Counted from the stretch's first letter, positions 40,640 to 55,005 are shown. The stretch: 64,000 nt of DNA from Sphyrna mokarran (GCA_024679065.1 JAGIQG010000016.1:12400001-12464000), one strand, 5' to 3'. Notes: generated by a model not told the origin, from the sequence alone. A program made the numbers and translations.

Positions 40640-42470
40640 TGATTGGATTTTTTAAAAATTACTTTTGAAGCATGATTGTGCTTAAGAAAAGTAGGATATA
40701 AAGACACACGAAGGAATACACGGAAAGTAGACGACGAAGTAAGCAATGGGCAAGGAGTGGTACATGTGATCACGAAAAATCATTGATTCGCAGTCTTAGG
40801 GAAAAATATAATTGGTTCTATACACACATAAAGAAGAAAGGGTAGCGAGGGAGAAGGCAGACTGACTCAAGACAGTGAAGAATATCTACGAGTGGACCCA
40901 GAAGAAATGGTCACGGAAGTAGATAAATATTTTCGTCAGAATTTACCAAAGAGATTGACTTGGTAGTTGATGAGCTGGTGAAGGGTTTTCAGATACTTTT
41001 AGTCACGTTGTGATCAAAAACAAGGAGGTATTGGGGGTCTTGAGAAACATTTAGACAAGGCACAGAGTATCATGGGGTGCAATTCAGAACACTGAGAGAA
41101 CAAGAGAGGAAATTGCTGTAGCCTTGAGGGAATCGTTGTATCCTTAATGACTACACGGGTGTTCTCTGGGAATTGCAGAATATCCAATGTTGTTACTTTG
41201 TTCCACAAGGGTGGCAAGAATAATTCCAAGTTGGCGAGCCTTACCGCAGTAGTACGGAAATTATTGGAATCTGCAGCAAGACATTTGACAATGTCCCTCA
41301 TAGCAGAATGGTGCAAAAGGTGAAATCAAACGGGTATCAGAGTTGAGCTGACAAAATAGATACAGAACTGGATCGATCGTACGAGACAGAAAATAACAAT
41401 GAGAGGTACATTTCTCAATGGAGGGCTGTGACAAGATCAGTGCTGAGAAATTTGCTGTTTGTAATAACCACAAATGATTTGTAGCAAAATGTCACAGGCT
41501 TGATTAGTAACTCTGCAGATGACACCATGTTCGGTGGATTTGCATATAATGATGAGGAGCGTCAGAAAATACAGCAGAATATAGATCATTCGGAAATATG
41601 AGCGAAGGGATGAAGGCGTCATTTAATCTGGAAAAAAATGAGGTAATTCATTTTGGAAGGTGTAATAAAATCGGAAATAAACAGTAAATGGCAGACACTT
41701 AAGATATTGATAGGCAGAGGAAAATGGGTGTACAGGCATAGAAATCATTGAAGCTGGCAACACAGTTGGAGAAGATAGTTACGATACCATTTGGCATGTC
41801 TGTCTTCATTACCCAGAGCATTGCGTTTACAAGTTTGCAATTCATGTTGCACCTTTATAGAATCTTCGTTAGGCCACACTTGGAATATAATGTACAATTC
41901 TGTTCGCCAAACTACCAGTAAAATGTGGAGGTTTTCGCGTGGGAAGAGAAGATAATTAACAAGACATTGCCTGGTATGGAGGCCATTTGCTATGAGGAGA
42001 CTTTGGAGATTTGTTTTTGTTTTTGCTATAGGAGCAACCTCATAGAAGTCTGCAAGGTGATGATGGGCATGGACAAAGTGGATAGTCAGAGCCAATTTCC
42101 CAGGGTGCAAGAATTAATTACGAGCGAGCGGGGAGAGGTTGGCGAGAGAGTGGGGGGTGGGGATCAGGGCGCTAGTGGGCGGGGCAGGAACGGAGGCAGA
42201 TTTAAGGTGCAACGGACAAGATGCAGAAGAGATGTACAAGACAAGTTCTTTTTTCAGAGTTGTTGTGGATGCCTGGAATCCGCTGTCAATGGAGTTAGTG
42301 GAAGCACATGCCATCGTGACACTGAAAGGGCGAGTAGAAAAAATATGCAAAGAATGGGAATGGGGAGATATGGTCCCCAGAGGTGTGGAGGGGTTTAATT
42401 TCATCGCGCAGCATGTTTGGTGCAGATTAGGAGGGCCGTAGGCATGTTCCCATTTTAAAATATTCTGTTT
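40640..42470 (+). mobile_element. CR1 LINE remnant
   Basis: RT fragments RISNVVTLFHKGGKNN, SNSADDT, RPHLEYNVQFCSP and SFFRVVVDAWNPL. Confidence 0.9.
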
Positions 42471-42725
42471 TTTTTTTCATCCTTTGTCATACATTTATGC
42501 GAAATTATTTGAAAACATTGTTTTTGGAAAGTAAATTGAAATTTTAAAATCAAAGTGCTTAAATTGGTATCTGAAGTAACGAATTTAGATTTTGATTTTT
42601 TTTTTGGTTCAAGTTGTAGTATACGATTTCAAGGTGGGACCGGTATCTTTATTTTGCTCTGAATAAGTCGTGGCGTTATCACACTGGAATCGGTTTTATA
42701 GCTTTTGATTTCTTAAATGGCAGAG

Positions 42726-43775
42726 GTTTCAAAGTGATCCAAAACTTAAACTTCCGCAGTTAGATTTCAAAATTTCTCACCTACAAATGTTGCAATTAAG
42801 AATCAATACGCATTGGTGATTATGATTTTTTTTTATGTTTTTCGATTTCGAGACAAAATTAATTCGTTGTGTTCGAAGCCGAATGCATTTTTTGGGTGTG
42901 AGTTGTTTTTAAGTAGGTGACTCCTGAGTAACAAGTCTAGCTGATTGATGAGTTCAAGACTTTTTTTTCCCTGAACTTAGTATTATTTGAGACCTGCAGA
43001 TTTTAACGCAGTCAGATATTCACACAGTTACCTTTGAATTAAAATGAATGATTATACTTAAGCGTTACAGTTTCTGAGATTTATTTGATTGAATATATTG
43101 AATGCATAGAATAACCGACTGATATAAATTGAAGTCACCCAAAATCTAAAAGTGTTAATATATTTAAATGTTGTTGACAAATTAAGGCTCAGAAAAAGGG
43201 AGGTGGTATAGCTTTTGCATGTCAGAGAGGAATAACTTGAAACTTATTCCTAGTTCACGATGCTGCTGTTTGAATCTAGGATAATTTTACAAAGTAATGT
43301 TTGTTTGTTGTGTGACTTCTCCATGTTGAATGAGTGTCATCTACGTCAATGCACAAGTTCACGTGCAAAGCATTTGATTCAATATAACTACATGCCAATA
43401 AGTTGGGAGCTAATTTTCTGTGAGAATATAAAGACTCTGCAGAACGCCAACGACATTACAACAGATACTGGGATTTTCCAACTATTTAATTGTGCAATTT
43501 GACATCAGTCAAAAAGCTGACAAGCGGGACAAACACACCATTGATGCAAACCACTCTATTCAGAAATACAATTCTACTGTAACAGATGAAATGATGGATT
43601 ATTTTTTTTCTCTACAATTTTCTCAACCAGTCGAGAATCATTTGAATTAGTTCTGACTTGTACTTTGGGTACATTGTGCTAATTGTATCATCAATCAACA
43701 TACCGTATGCATATTTGTAGGTGAGAAATTTTGAAATCTAACTGCGGAAGTTTAAGTTTTGGATCACTTTGAAAC
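42726..43775. repeat. Perfect 63-bp inverted repeat (42726-42788 / 43713-43775) with 924-bp spacer
   Basis: gtttcaaagtgatccaaaacttaaacttccgcagttagatttcaaaatttctcacctacaaat and its exact reverse complement. Confidence 0.92.
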
Positions 43776-45369
43776 ATCACGGACGTTGGAGTTTTAAACC
43801 TCCGGCTTCAGTACTTTTGGTTCATAACCCTCGTAAACCCAAATTTAAACTTTATTTCGTTTTCTCATCAGTACCAAGATTTATAATTATCCAGCCCATA
43901 AGACTGAACCTAATATATTGTAAACATTACTAATTTGAACAAAGTTTTAACTGGAAAAGTTTGCAGAGAATGTGAACCAGTTGTATTGGATTTCACTGAA
44001 ATACATTTACCTGAAAGGCGTCTCTCTCAGCTTCGGGAGTATTATACCTTTTTCATTTAACATAGAGGTAGTTAAATCAAGAAGTGACAAATGTGGCGCA
44101 ATAATGATTTTCTGATTTAAAGCGAACGGAGGAAGGAACAAATTAATGATTTAGCAACTGCTAGTGTAACTGTGTTCATGGATAATACTTCTGATTTGAT
44201 GAAACCGGGCACTTATACTCAAATACTACCCAGGTTTGTTAAAACAGTTCGAATTTTACAATGTTAATTAGACATCCAGATACGGACATTACAAAACTAG
44301 ATGCTGCTGCTTACTTTACAAAATGTGAAATGAAACGAGAAAACAATGCAACAATGCATTTGAAAATGCTGTTAAAACACAAAAAAATTATAATTGCAAA
44401 TACAACGTTTCCTACATGTTAATACGTTTTTTTTGACTGGGTTCTGATACAAAGTGCATGGGAAAGAGATTAGCCTTTGTCTACGATCCATTTCGCTGTA
44501 CGCTCCAGAATCAAGATGAATATCTGAGGAGAGAGAAATAATGCCTTCAATAATCATTTAACAAAAAACATGGCAATAGTTGATTTTATTTGCCTATTTT
44601 GGCTGAGTGTAAGAATGCTGGAAATTTAGGTCAAATTATGCATCGAAAACATTTGCAGGTTGTGAATAACGTCTAGTCTGGGCGCTGTGATCTGAAGCTT
44701 TCTGTCTTAGTCAGATCAGGGATATTGTTTACACTAACTCAGGCAGCGTGGTTCCGACTGTTACGGCGGCTTTGTACGGTACATAGAAAATTAACAACTC
44801 ATGATGGCATTCTTCAAAAGTATGTTTGCTGCATGTTCAAGCGATGTGATCGGTGTATGGTGAGACAGTCGACTGGATGTTAAAGAATCTTCTGAAGAGG
44901 GTGGAGAATTGCGGATCAAAAAGGGAAGTAATTATTTGTTTGGCAGCAATAGCTTTAAGAGAACAGTTATCACAACAAGAATTGTACCCTGAAGGATACT
45001 ACAGAAACGAGAAGATAAATTCTACATCGAGAATATTTCTTGGTCAAAGTGTTCCTAAAATTGGTAATGTCTATTTTTATTCAAGTTTATCGAGTTGATA
45101 TTCAGTTAAAGTTAAGTGGTAGTGTAAGAGTTAAAGATCAGTTGAGAGTTGATGTGTTTCATTTGTGCGTGCTTGCGTTTATTCTTTAACTGTTAAATGA
45201 ATAAATAATTGATTTACTGTATTTGTTTGACTCGTTAAATTGGGATGCTTGAAAACGTTTGAACTAAAGTTGTATGAGAATACCAATTCAAAACATCATT
45301 GCAGCATCTGCTCAATATTTCCAAATTCGTCATTATTTACATGCTTTCCAAAATAAAATTGGAAGTTGG

Positions 45370-46170
45370 GGTGTATGCACATGACTGAACAATTTTCTGC
45401 GCCTGTCGTAACTGTTCAGATACTGATGAAGACTGTCCAAATGCTGCAGGATCTGGACACATTTCTCGCTTTGGCTGGCAAACAGCAAGTCACATTCGCA
45501 CCAAACATGTGTCAAATTTTCAAAAATTTTAGGATCTCACCTAAACAATGACATTCACTGAATTTGCTATTGCAGATTCCCGACTTTCAAATTCCGGGTC
45601 GGTAACCACAATTCAGCAGACACAGAGCTGGATATTGCTCCTAAACATCATTGTTACAACAAAAATGTCCACAATCTGGCAGGCACATTTCAAGTGAATA
45701 ATGGATCACTCTTCATTTGCCTGGTTAAGTCAGCTCCGTGACCTCTTGGTAAGTTTGCTAAAGCAACTGAGATGATTGCCACCATACCCACGATCCACTT
45801 ACGATTTGCAATGACAGCTATTTGCAAAATGTATGAGGTCGCGTTGCAAGAAACCATGTTCACAGGGAACACATTCCAAGCCCACAATCAAGACTATATG
45901 GAAATACAAAAGAAGCTGCTGCTTAAGGAAACCAACTAAGGTAGTTTCCCCTCCAAATTATTCATCAACCTGACTGGAAATATGCCGTTTTTCATTCACT
46001 GCCTGTATGTCAAAATTCTTGATTTTCTCCGTAACATCATGGCTGGCGTACCTATACTTCGCTTTATGCACAGGTTTTCGAGTGCAATTAATCGCCATCA
46101 TCTGATGGGTAACTAGTTGTTAGCAAATTGTTTGCCCATCCAATGAAGTCCACGTCTCATTAGTAATATA
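45370..46170 (+). mobile_element. LINE 3' remnant (same family type as 16500 and 31310)
   Basis: MLQDLDTFLALAGKQQVTFAPNMCQ, similar to the W+VTFAPxKCQ motif in the LINE RT C-terminus. Confidence 0.7.
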
Positions 46171-46737
46171 TACAGTAATAAAAAATAACACACTTCATAG
46201 AATACAGTTTAAATTGCTTCTTTCTGAGGCGACGACGAATGGAGATCTTCGTGACACACAACTGCTTTCACATTGCCACGAAACGCGTGTTATATTGTTT
46301 TCATGTCTGGCTAGATGCGTGACGGCATCATTTCCGTAAACAATAAAGAGCAAAAGTAAACGTTTTAATATAGAGACACATTATGGATTTCTAACTAATT
46401 GAACGTGATGTCTTAGGGAATACTTCAAATTTAGCCATTGCATTGGTTTACAGAGGACGTTGTGGCAAGCTTTATTGCAGCATGAAAGGGCCGACTGATC
46501 GTGTTTTCTTGAGCATATCAAACGAAACTTTATTTGAAAATGTTGTTACGAAATCATGGACATTTTTGCAGAGAAATCGGACAGTAACTTGGGAAGAGCC
46601 TGATTTGCAATTGCCTTGATGTAGTGCGTCCTCTTTAGTCGAAGATCCGTCTCATAACAATCTTATGCAAGTTAAATTTGACACGCATCTCGAAGTATGC
46701 ACTTTTAAATTGAAAACGAAACATTAAATCCTCTCAC

Positions 46738-46773
46738 TTAATGTTTTGTTCGCAGCGTTGCAGTCGTCCAACT
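46738..46773 (-). CDS. Micro-exon 7 (36 nt): ELDDCNAANKTL
   Basis: gatttcttcacttgcag|AGTTGGACGACTGCAACGCTGCGAACAAAACATTAA|gtgaga. Close paralogue of exon 3. Confidence 0.85.
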   Translation of the reverse strand, partial: SWTTATLRTKH

Positions 46774-47189
46774 CTGCAAGTGAAGAAATCACACACATGT
46801 TTTATGACTACAACTTTTTATTTACTGCAGTATCTGATGTGTGCTAGTTAGAAAGTTATGTATTGTAATACTATTGTACCCAAATTACTGTTGGCAAGAA
46901 ATCATATTGATGAATCGCAGATGAAATAAAATGGGGCAATTTCCTAAACTTTGCCTGTTATTCCCAATTATTAACTGGAAGAAAAACGCTGGTGAAAATG
47001 AAGTTATTGAAACATAGCCAAATAATATGCAGTACCACTTAAAATAAAAGAGAGAAAAAATACATGTCATATATGCAGGTTGTTGACTACGGTATTTATG
47101 TTTGAGTTTGAAGAGCGGTTGATGGGTTGTGTTTTAGTCGACCAATTTGCTGAATTGATAGACCAGGAACATGAGATGTTATCATTTAC

Positions 47190-47216
47190 CCGTTTCTTTA
47201 TCTTTCAACTTCTCCG
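47190..47216 (-). CDS. Micro-exon 6 (27 nt): AEKLKDKET
   Basis: ttttttcctttcaaaag|CGGAGAAGTTGAAAGATAAAGAAACGG|gtaaat. Confidence 0.85.
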
Positions 47217-49554
47217 CTTTTGAAAGGAAAAAAAAACATTCCATTTAAAATATTCTTAAGTATGTTCAAGTATTGTCACATAGGACAATTCAAATTCATC
47301 CAATTCTCAATATTTTATTGGCAATAGATTGATGTAGAAGTCAGAAATCTAAAGCATTCTTTGCATAAAATCTGCCATTAGGACATTGCCAGAGGTTTCT
47401 TTTTAACAATACTTCGAAAATCATATAATCGATTAAATTCAGCAAAGTTTTGCAAAATTCACTTTAACTAATGGATTGTATGTATTGGGAAGAAATAAGT
47501 ACGTGGATTTAAGTTGACTAACAGGTAAACTTGGATTGATGAGACTTTTTTTTTCATATTATAGAATTGGATAAGAGGATGTTTCATGTGGAATGACATG
47601 ATATTGTGGATAAATGTTTATTTCTCCAGCAGCATGAATGAAGTCAGACAAAATTTCTCGTTCTGTTCGTTATACCAAATTTTAATGAGAATAGTGCCAC
47701 ATTGTTCTCTAATGGGGCATGAATAACGTAAATATATTTTAATGGTTTGGATGAAGATGACCAATATGTGCCAGCTACTTTCGCGGTTTGCCTGAAATCT
47801 AATTGATGAAGGGGATGGACGGATCCATAAAATAGATAACAGAAGGAAACTGAGTAAGCGAACATTCCCAAGATGAGGTGAAAGGTCAGAAAATGTGAAT
47901 ATATCAAGGTCGGCATGAAGGACAACAGAGGCATTCTCCTTTAATTAAGGGAGAACTCTGTATTGTGAAGATGTATTGGCACAGAATCACAAAACGTTGA
48001 TTTATACACATGACTACTAATTTTATTTTAAAAAATCATTCATGCAGTGTAAGACTTAATGTCCAGGCCGCCATTGATAGTCGTTGCATACTCGCTTGAA
48101 AATATGATAATGAACTCTAACTGTGATCAACGGCATGACATATGGTATAGATTATCTGAGAGGATTTGTTGCAGCGAACGTGACTTTTTTTTTTCTTTTT
48201 CAAATTCTATTGTGAATTCCTTGGAGGGAAGTCACTTTGATACTACCTTCTGCCGACTGCCCACATGACTTGAGGTGACAATATCCAGGCACTTGAAATG
48301 TGCTACGGTATGACTCCTCGTGAATTAATATAATGCAACGTGTAGGTGGTATACACTGTTGCCACCAATGGCTATTAATTGAAGGACCGGAAGTTTGCAG
48401 ACTGGTTAGAAATCAAACATGTTTGATTTTTATTTGATGTTGCTAAGCCTATTAAATGGTGTCGGTATTCTAGTCTTCCATGAAAGTGATGAGTATTACA
48501 TCACGTGGATATTTGAGACGGTGTGGTGACTTTTGAAATCACGGGATTCAGGCAATTTTACCAATTTCTCTACCCAGAGTAAATATATTGCTTGGCCAGT
48601 TTGGGTTTGTTTAATACTAATCCAATGTTATTAATACTGGGTGATTTACCTTTGGTAGCACCAGTAATTATCAAGTGTGCTGATGTTATCACTTGTTATA
48701 AAAACGCAGCGCAAACGTTAGCTGCCACGTGCAATCCAAGGTCTGTTTATTACGCATTTTTCGATGACTTGAAGTTGACCAGAGATTATATTGTGCCTTT
48801 GGACAAACATACCTCTGATGGTCAAATTTATGAAGTTTGGACCTAGATAAGATGCTGTTCTGGCTATATTATATTTTTGCATGTACTACCTATTTCACAG
48901 TTTCACCAATTCTTGCACAAACCTTCAAGTGTTTATACGAAAACTCTTCAGAATCGGTGGAACTGTGATTGCTGTTGCACATTGCTGCTGCCATGTGGTT
49001 CGGACAACTTTGCCCCACAACCAGCTTTGCTTGCAGCATTTCTTTTCTAATTGACAGGGCTTTTCAAAAGCGTTGCTTCAAATAAAGCTCATGTTTCTTC
49101 GTGTTTTGAGGCACATATAAGCCAAACCTGGCAAGGGTGACACATTTCTTTATCTAAAGTGAAAGTGTGAGCCAGAGGGATTAAATCAAGTGTTATCCTT
49201 TGATACAAATGTCATTTGGGTTCCAAATATCTTTTAAAATAACACATCCTCCATGTAATGTATCTGTGCAGGAATATCTAGCTTTTTAAACTCACTGACA
49301 ATGCATTTTTTTAAACAATGAGATAAATTCATGCTGTGGTTGCTTGCAAGCAATTTGAAATGCGAAAATCAGTGCGGTGCTTTGCAGATAGTTATTAAAT
49401 ATGAAATCAAGTTATTTTGTCTTATTAGCAAGTTTGAATGACATTGTATATATGGAATTTTTTCCAATTTCCGAATGGATAGCAGAAGGGATGTTCTATT
49501 TTGGCAGGAGTTTATATGCAAAGTTAACTGCATAAAAGACATTCTCTCTGAATG

Positions 49555-49770
49555 TCATGAAATCATAAAAACCCCACAGTGCAAAAAAGAAGACGATTCG
49601 GCTCTTTGACTCTGCACCAAACACAATTCCAGTCCCAATCCCCATTCCCCCAGATATTTATCCACTAATTTTTCTAATGTAAGCAACCCGGAACTCTAAG
49701 TGACAACCTAGTATGGCCAATTAAATAAACTCGCACATCATTGGACTATGGGTGGAACCTGGAGCACGCG
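49555..49770 (-). mobile_element. HE1-like SINE remnant
   Basis: cataaaaaccccacagtgcaaaaaagaagacgattcggc...gtatggccaat...cgcacatcattggactatgggtggaacctggagcac. Confidence 0.65.
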
Positions 49771-50109
49771 TTAATATACAATATATTCTCATTCCTCTCA
49801 GAAAGTAGTTAGTATGGGAAATTATTGGCACAAAATTCGTATCAGCCACCATCTCATTAAGGGGCAGATGACGGGTTTCTCGGAAATTAAAGCTGGAACG
49901 GATGGAAACAATGGAGTGATTTTATTACAGCAAACCACCAAATGTGCTCATAATAATACTTTGAAAATCTTTTGCGAAAATTGATTGCTGGAGATCTGGG
50001 ACGTGATAGCTTGCATTCCTAAAATCTCTACGCAAACTTCAACTTATCACGTCACCTCTATTGCATAAAAAAGATAAATTTCTTCCGAGGGAGGACATCG
50101 TTTTCTCAC

Positions 50110-50145
50110 CTAAATCATTCACCAAATTCTGGCATGCGGATAATT
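50110..50145 (-). CDS. Micro-exon 5 (36 nt): ELSACQNLVNDL
   Basis: tttatttttggttgagcag|AATTATCCGCATGCCAGAATTTGGTGAATGATTTAG|gtgaga. Confidence 0.87.
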
Positions 50146-51551
50146 CTGCTCAACCAAAAATAAAAACATCACATTTTTCGAACTTCTGTTGATATTTTGA
50201 TTCTTTTTTTAGAATTGGTCTTAAGAAGTATGTATGTACATCGTGGTATGCAGTCGTCGTTTTGCAATCGAACAATTGCTGAACATCTTTAATTGTTTTC
50301 AGCGGTTGGTGACATAGACTATTATTGATTGTTGACTGTCCACTGTTTTTATAAATAGCCACAACACACTTTTTAATGAAATTGGGACTGCAGTCATTCG
50401 ACACAGTGACAATGAACGAATGAAAATATATTTCTGTCTCAGAAGCGTGCACTAACTGATGAGATATGCCCAGTTATGGCGTGCAATTGGTATCAGTTAA
50501 ACCTGTTTTTGGAAGGACATTTAGAATGCACCACATTTTTTTCAGTAGGCATGAATTGAATTTGGATAGGTCTGATCTTCTCCTTCCCTGCAAATCGCCC
50601 ATGTCAGCAAAGAAGCATTAAACAACGTTTGCAGACTGCAAGACTTCTAACATATTAACTTATCCTTATTTTAACATTGCTGTGATCAGCAATTTCTGTT
50701 CTACCGGTCGAAGCGCTTCCGATTGTGTTTGATTAATTCAATTCTGACTAAAAAAAAATGAACATCTCATACTTACTGCATTGTGTTCAGCGAACGATCA
50801 ACCCTTCATCACATTGAAGCCGGAATTTAGTTTTAACTGTGACAAATGCATTACACGCGTGGAGAGCAAATTCATTTTATAAACTTGCTGCCAACGACTG
50901 CAGACCACGCATAGCTAAGTCAAAGTTCACTGTAATGCGAGTGTTCTGAATGGTTTGTCATTCATTAACTTATTTAGTCTCATTACGATGCATGCAGTGT
51001 TCACCAGGTGCCGAGCTGCACCATTTACGTTTTGATCAAATGAACAACATTTTCTGTAAAACGTAACCAACGATGTCAGGAGAATGACCGCCTTATGAAA
51101 CCAGTTTTCCTTTTAGAATGACAAGTTCGGTTTGAATCAAAGTAAATCAATTACCCAGGTGGCATAATTATCCTAATACGTGAAACTTTTCGAACAGTTC
51201 ATCCAGGTAATTCAAGGGCATCAGTTCGTAACAGTGCCACCTGCTGTCCAAGTGGATGATTTAGTATGATTCTTTCACCCTCCGCAATACCATCATTTGA
51301 AACGTGCAATGAAAACAAATTTCATAGATCAGTCTTCAAACTTATTCTTGATAATTAGCGTCAGGTATATTGTCAGATATTTTCCTCGGGCCAAATCATG
51401 TTATTTGAGCATTTCTGCATTGTTATCACAAACGTATTTTTACCATGGATATTACTGCTATCAGTGTTGCCGATTGCATCTACTTCGATGTTAATTCAAT
51501 TATTTTAATTTTAGCTAAATTCCTGAAATCAACAAAGAGAAAAACACATAC

Positions 51552-51578
51552 CTCGTTTTAATTCATCTAATGATTCAG
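51552..51578 (-). CDS. Micro-exon 4 (27 nt): AESLDELKR
   Basis: ctttcaattaaatccaccag|CTGAATCATTAGATGAATTAAAACGAG|gtatgt. Confidence 0.8.
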
Positions 51579-52974
51579 CTGGTGGATTTAATTGAAAGAA
51601 ACCTGAGTTTTTAACAAGAGCACAATATTTATCTGCATGATCCTAATTACTCATCTGATGAAAATGATGCACTGAGGAGGCACTATTCCATCCAGTAAGT
51701 AAGTAAAGTATGTGTGCTCTAATGTATTGTAACAGTTTGCATATTTGCGAAAATGGCAAATATATGCAACAGCGAACACTGCGAATGCATATTGTATACT
51801 ACAATAATGAATCTTAAGTTTCCAAATTTGTCTTATAAAATGAACTTTCAAAATGAAGGATGCACTTACATTATCGCATTTTGTTATTAAATATTAGATG
51901 GGGACAAGTTTGTTTTTAATTACATATTATTACAAGAAAAAAATAAATTGTGAATCAAAAATGCCGAGTACAAACACGCTGGTACATTTTATTCAGAACG
52001 TATCGCCTGAATCTACAGAGTGAATACTAATAAGAGTGCGACCAACATGATATAAAGTTCATTATCGATTAAATTATTGGGAAATTTCAATGACAAAATA
52101 CTTAACTCTGTTTCACTTTGCGACGATGGTACTTGACCAAACATTGTTTGCATTTGCGTTCAATCCCGAATATTTTCTTTGCATTTACTATTGCTTATCC
52201 TTATGGGTTATAGCATATAAAAATATCATATATGAGACAATTGTATAGAGGCACTTAATAAATAAACTTCGATGCTCCTTGAATAGTCAGCATTTGAATT
52301 CCAGGAACTAGATGCACAATCTTTACTGACGCTAATTAGCACCGGTGCATTCCAAAAAAAAAGAAACGGATTGATGGTCTGCTGTTACATAGGACAAGAC
52401 ATGGAGTATTTTCAATTGAGGATTAGAGAAAAAAAAAGCTGCTCACAGAATTTCAGGTTCGGGCACATTATATAATTTCTATTCGAATCCGTGTAAAATG
52501 TAGAATCAGGACATAAGCTCATATATCGGATGGTTCTGGGTTCGTGTGGAATGCATTGCATGCAAACTAAAATTTGCCGACCGTTCTATGGCTGCTTTAT
52601 CGGTTAGGTCAGAATTTCAAATGTGAGCCAATAAATGAAATATGCGATATAATATCACAACTTTTAACAATTTTGATTTTGTTAATACATATTACAGCAT
52701 AAATGCATTGTTAAACTTCAATTTAATCTCAAATCGGACTGCAATATTTCATTTAGGTCTTGCATGCACCGTGGATTTTCTGTGTTCAACCATTGGAAAT
52801 GTGTATTCTTCCTCGGTTTACTTTCTCTCAGAGCTTCCCATGAAGCATTTTTGCAGGCTGCCTCCGCTCTTCCCCTTTTTGGCAAATCTTGCCTCCCTTT
52901 GTCTCTCCATATCTCTATGACACGCAAAGAGTTCAGGTAAAATTCTCACGTAAGCCTTGCTCATTCCTGACACA

Positions 52975-53200
52975 AAGGAACATAGGCACAAAAACGAAAC
53001 AAAAAGGTACAGATATAAGCTATTCGGGTCCTCAAGACTGTTCTTCAATTCTACATTGCACTGGCTTATTCAAAGTCGTAACACCATACGTCCGAGATTT
53101 CTCCATGCTCCTAACATCTTTGCAGTTAAGGAATCTATCTATTTCATGTTTTAACATATTCAGGGTTGTTTCCTTCACAGCTTTCTCTGTTTTCCAACGA
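52975..53200 (-). mobile_element. CR1 3' end remnant
   Basis: KAVKETTLNMLKHEIDRFLN in ORF 53032..53238. Confidence 0.7.
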
Positions 53201-53371
53201 CTCATATCCCCCGAGTGATGAGCATCCTCATCATCCAATAATGTAATAGCCTGCCTCGCATACTAACTGTAGCCACAGGCAAATGACAGATCGTGTAAAC
53301 AAGCAATCCCAACAATGCTCTTTATGCTTGAACAATTCAAAACATGAAGGAAAAATGCATTTTCCTCTTAC

Positions 53372-53407
53372 CACATTCTTTATTCGCATAGTTGCATCTC
53401 TCCAACT
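53372..53407 (-). CDS. Micro-exon 3 (36 nt): ELERCNYANKEC
   Basis: gattcattacag|AGTTGGAGAGATGCAACTATGCGAATAAAGAATGTG|gtaaga. ELxxC motif. Confidence 0.85.
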
Positions 53408-55005
53408 CTGTAATGAATCAACGTGTGCATCAGAAGCCATCACTCGATCTATGGAATCTGTAATACGTCAACAGGTCGGTTTGTGACACACAATATTAGG
53501 TTAGTATAATAATTCTCAGATGTTTTTCGAACTTCAAAACGTATGAATATCGGGGAAACCAGCAGCCCTTCAGCTCCGGTAGTCCCGACCTCAATTCTTA
53601 GTAATAGAGTGTCAATGTCCGTGACACAGTGATACAAATATATAACACTTAATAACATCTTTGTAAAACTAAAATGAAACGTTATTTGGTCTATGTTACA
53701 ATTGTTAGAGTGGAGGCATCAAAGCCTGAATTTTAACAGATACCCGGATATTGACAGAACGTAAACAGTTCACATGATCAAGGGGGTCAAAACACTGTAA
53801 TAAAGAAAATAAAAAATGGCAACAAATACATTAGCTTAATCGATTCCACCAAGGCATGTACTGCTGTGACCAGAAGTAGGCAACATTTTTTTCTTCTTCG
53901 TCCTGGAAATAATTCGCTGCTGACTGAGACTGTTCAGTGAAATGTCATCTGTTGCTGGCAGCATAAACATTAGGAATGTGTCTGAGAGTCATCATTAAGA
54001 GTTTGAGATGAAGACGAATGTTAAGATGTATTGTTTTTATTTGAGATTGTATACTAATTTAGATCATTCATAGGACCTGCGTTTTTCTACAAAAAAAAGC
54101 AAAGCTACAGAAAAAAAAAGTGTATTTAACAGATAGAGCATAATGTTTTGAAATTCAGGAAATATAATCCGCAGCGAATAACTGTTCAAAACAGGGACGT
54201 CCAAACAATTCAGTCAGAGAAACATCTGCCGTTGTGAACATCTACCACGTGGCATAACCCTTGAGACAATTATCATGTACAAGGTTTCAATAGAAAGCCA
54301 TCATTAGTCTTGACAGTGCCTGATCGGATGGTTTCAACATTTGCATCTTCAATAAAAATTGACGATCACAAACCATCTCTCTCATGACGATGAAATCAAA
54401 GCAGCAGCAATGCCGAGCTGAAAATGTGTATATACGTACAATGAGTAATCACAATTACATTTTCAGGTGTATTCTCGCTCGATAAATGCAATGAAAGAGT
54501 TTCCAGTACTTCCTAGTATGTTTCAGATTGCAGCTTCCACAGTTAATTTATGTTATGGAACAGATGCATTCTGGCCAAGAACATTAATTTGTGTTTGTTT
54601 AGTCAATGCATTCATCTAAATCAATTACGAGCTTAGGCAAATGAAAAGTCTATTCGACTTTTGTTTTTATGTTGATGGAAAACGGAGCCCTCCAATGAAA
54701 ACTCCGCAGACTGGGAGAATAATTACAGACTCCATAGTCATCCAGTGCTGCAATGCAACATTTGTGCTTCACCTTGCCAGAGAGCAATGTGAGCCACTGT
54801 GCTACAGTGCCGCCTATTTGGACACGAAAGTAAGCTGACCATTCACAATGAATACATTATTTTAAGGCAAACATATGATTATGGATGCATGAAATGTTAC
54901 ATATTTCAAATCAACTGTAAGAATCGAAAGTAGAAAATTAATTGTCGACAGAAGTAAAAGCCTCACAACTTCAGTTCAGTGGAATTTTAGATTCAGACAA
55001 ATATT

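Noticed and set aside
52822-52914. 93-nt phase-1 open segment EIWRDKGRQDLPKRGRAEAACKNASWEALRE (minus)
   Set aside because: Weak donor (AA|gtaaac). The slot is already filled by the better 36-nt exon 53372-53407. Cannot be fully excluded without RNA data.
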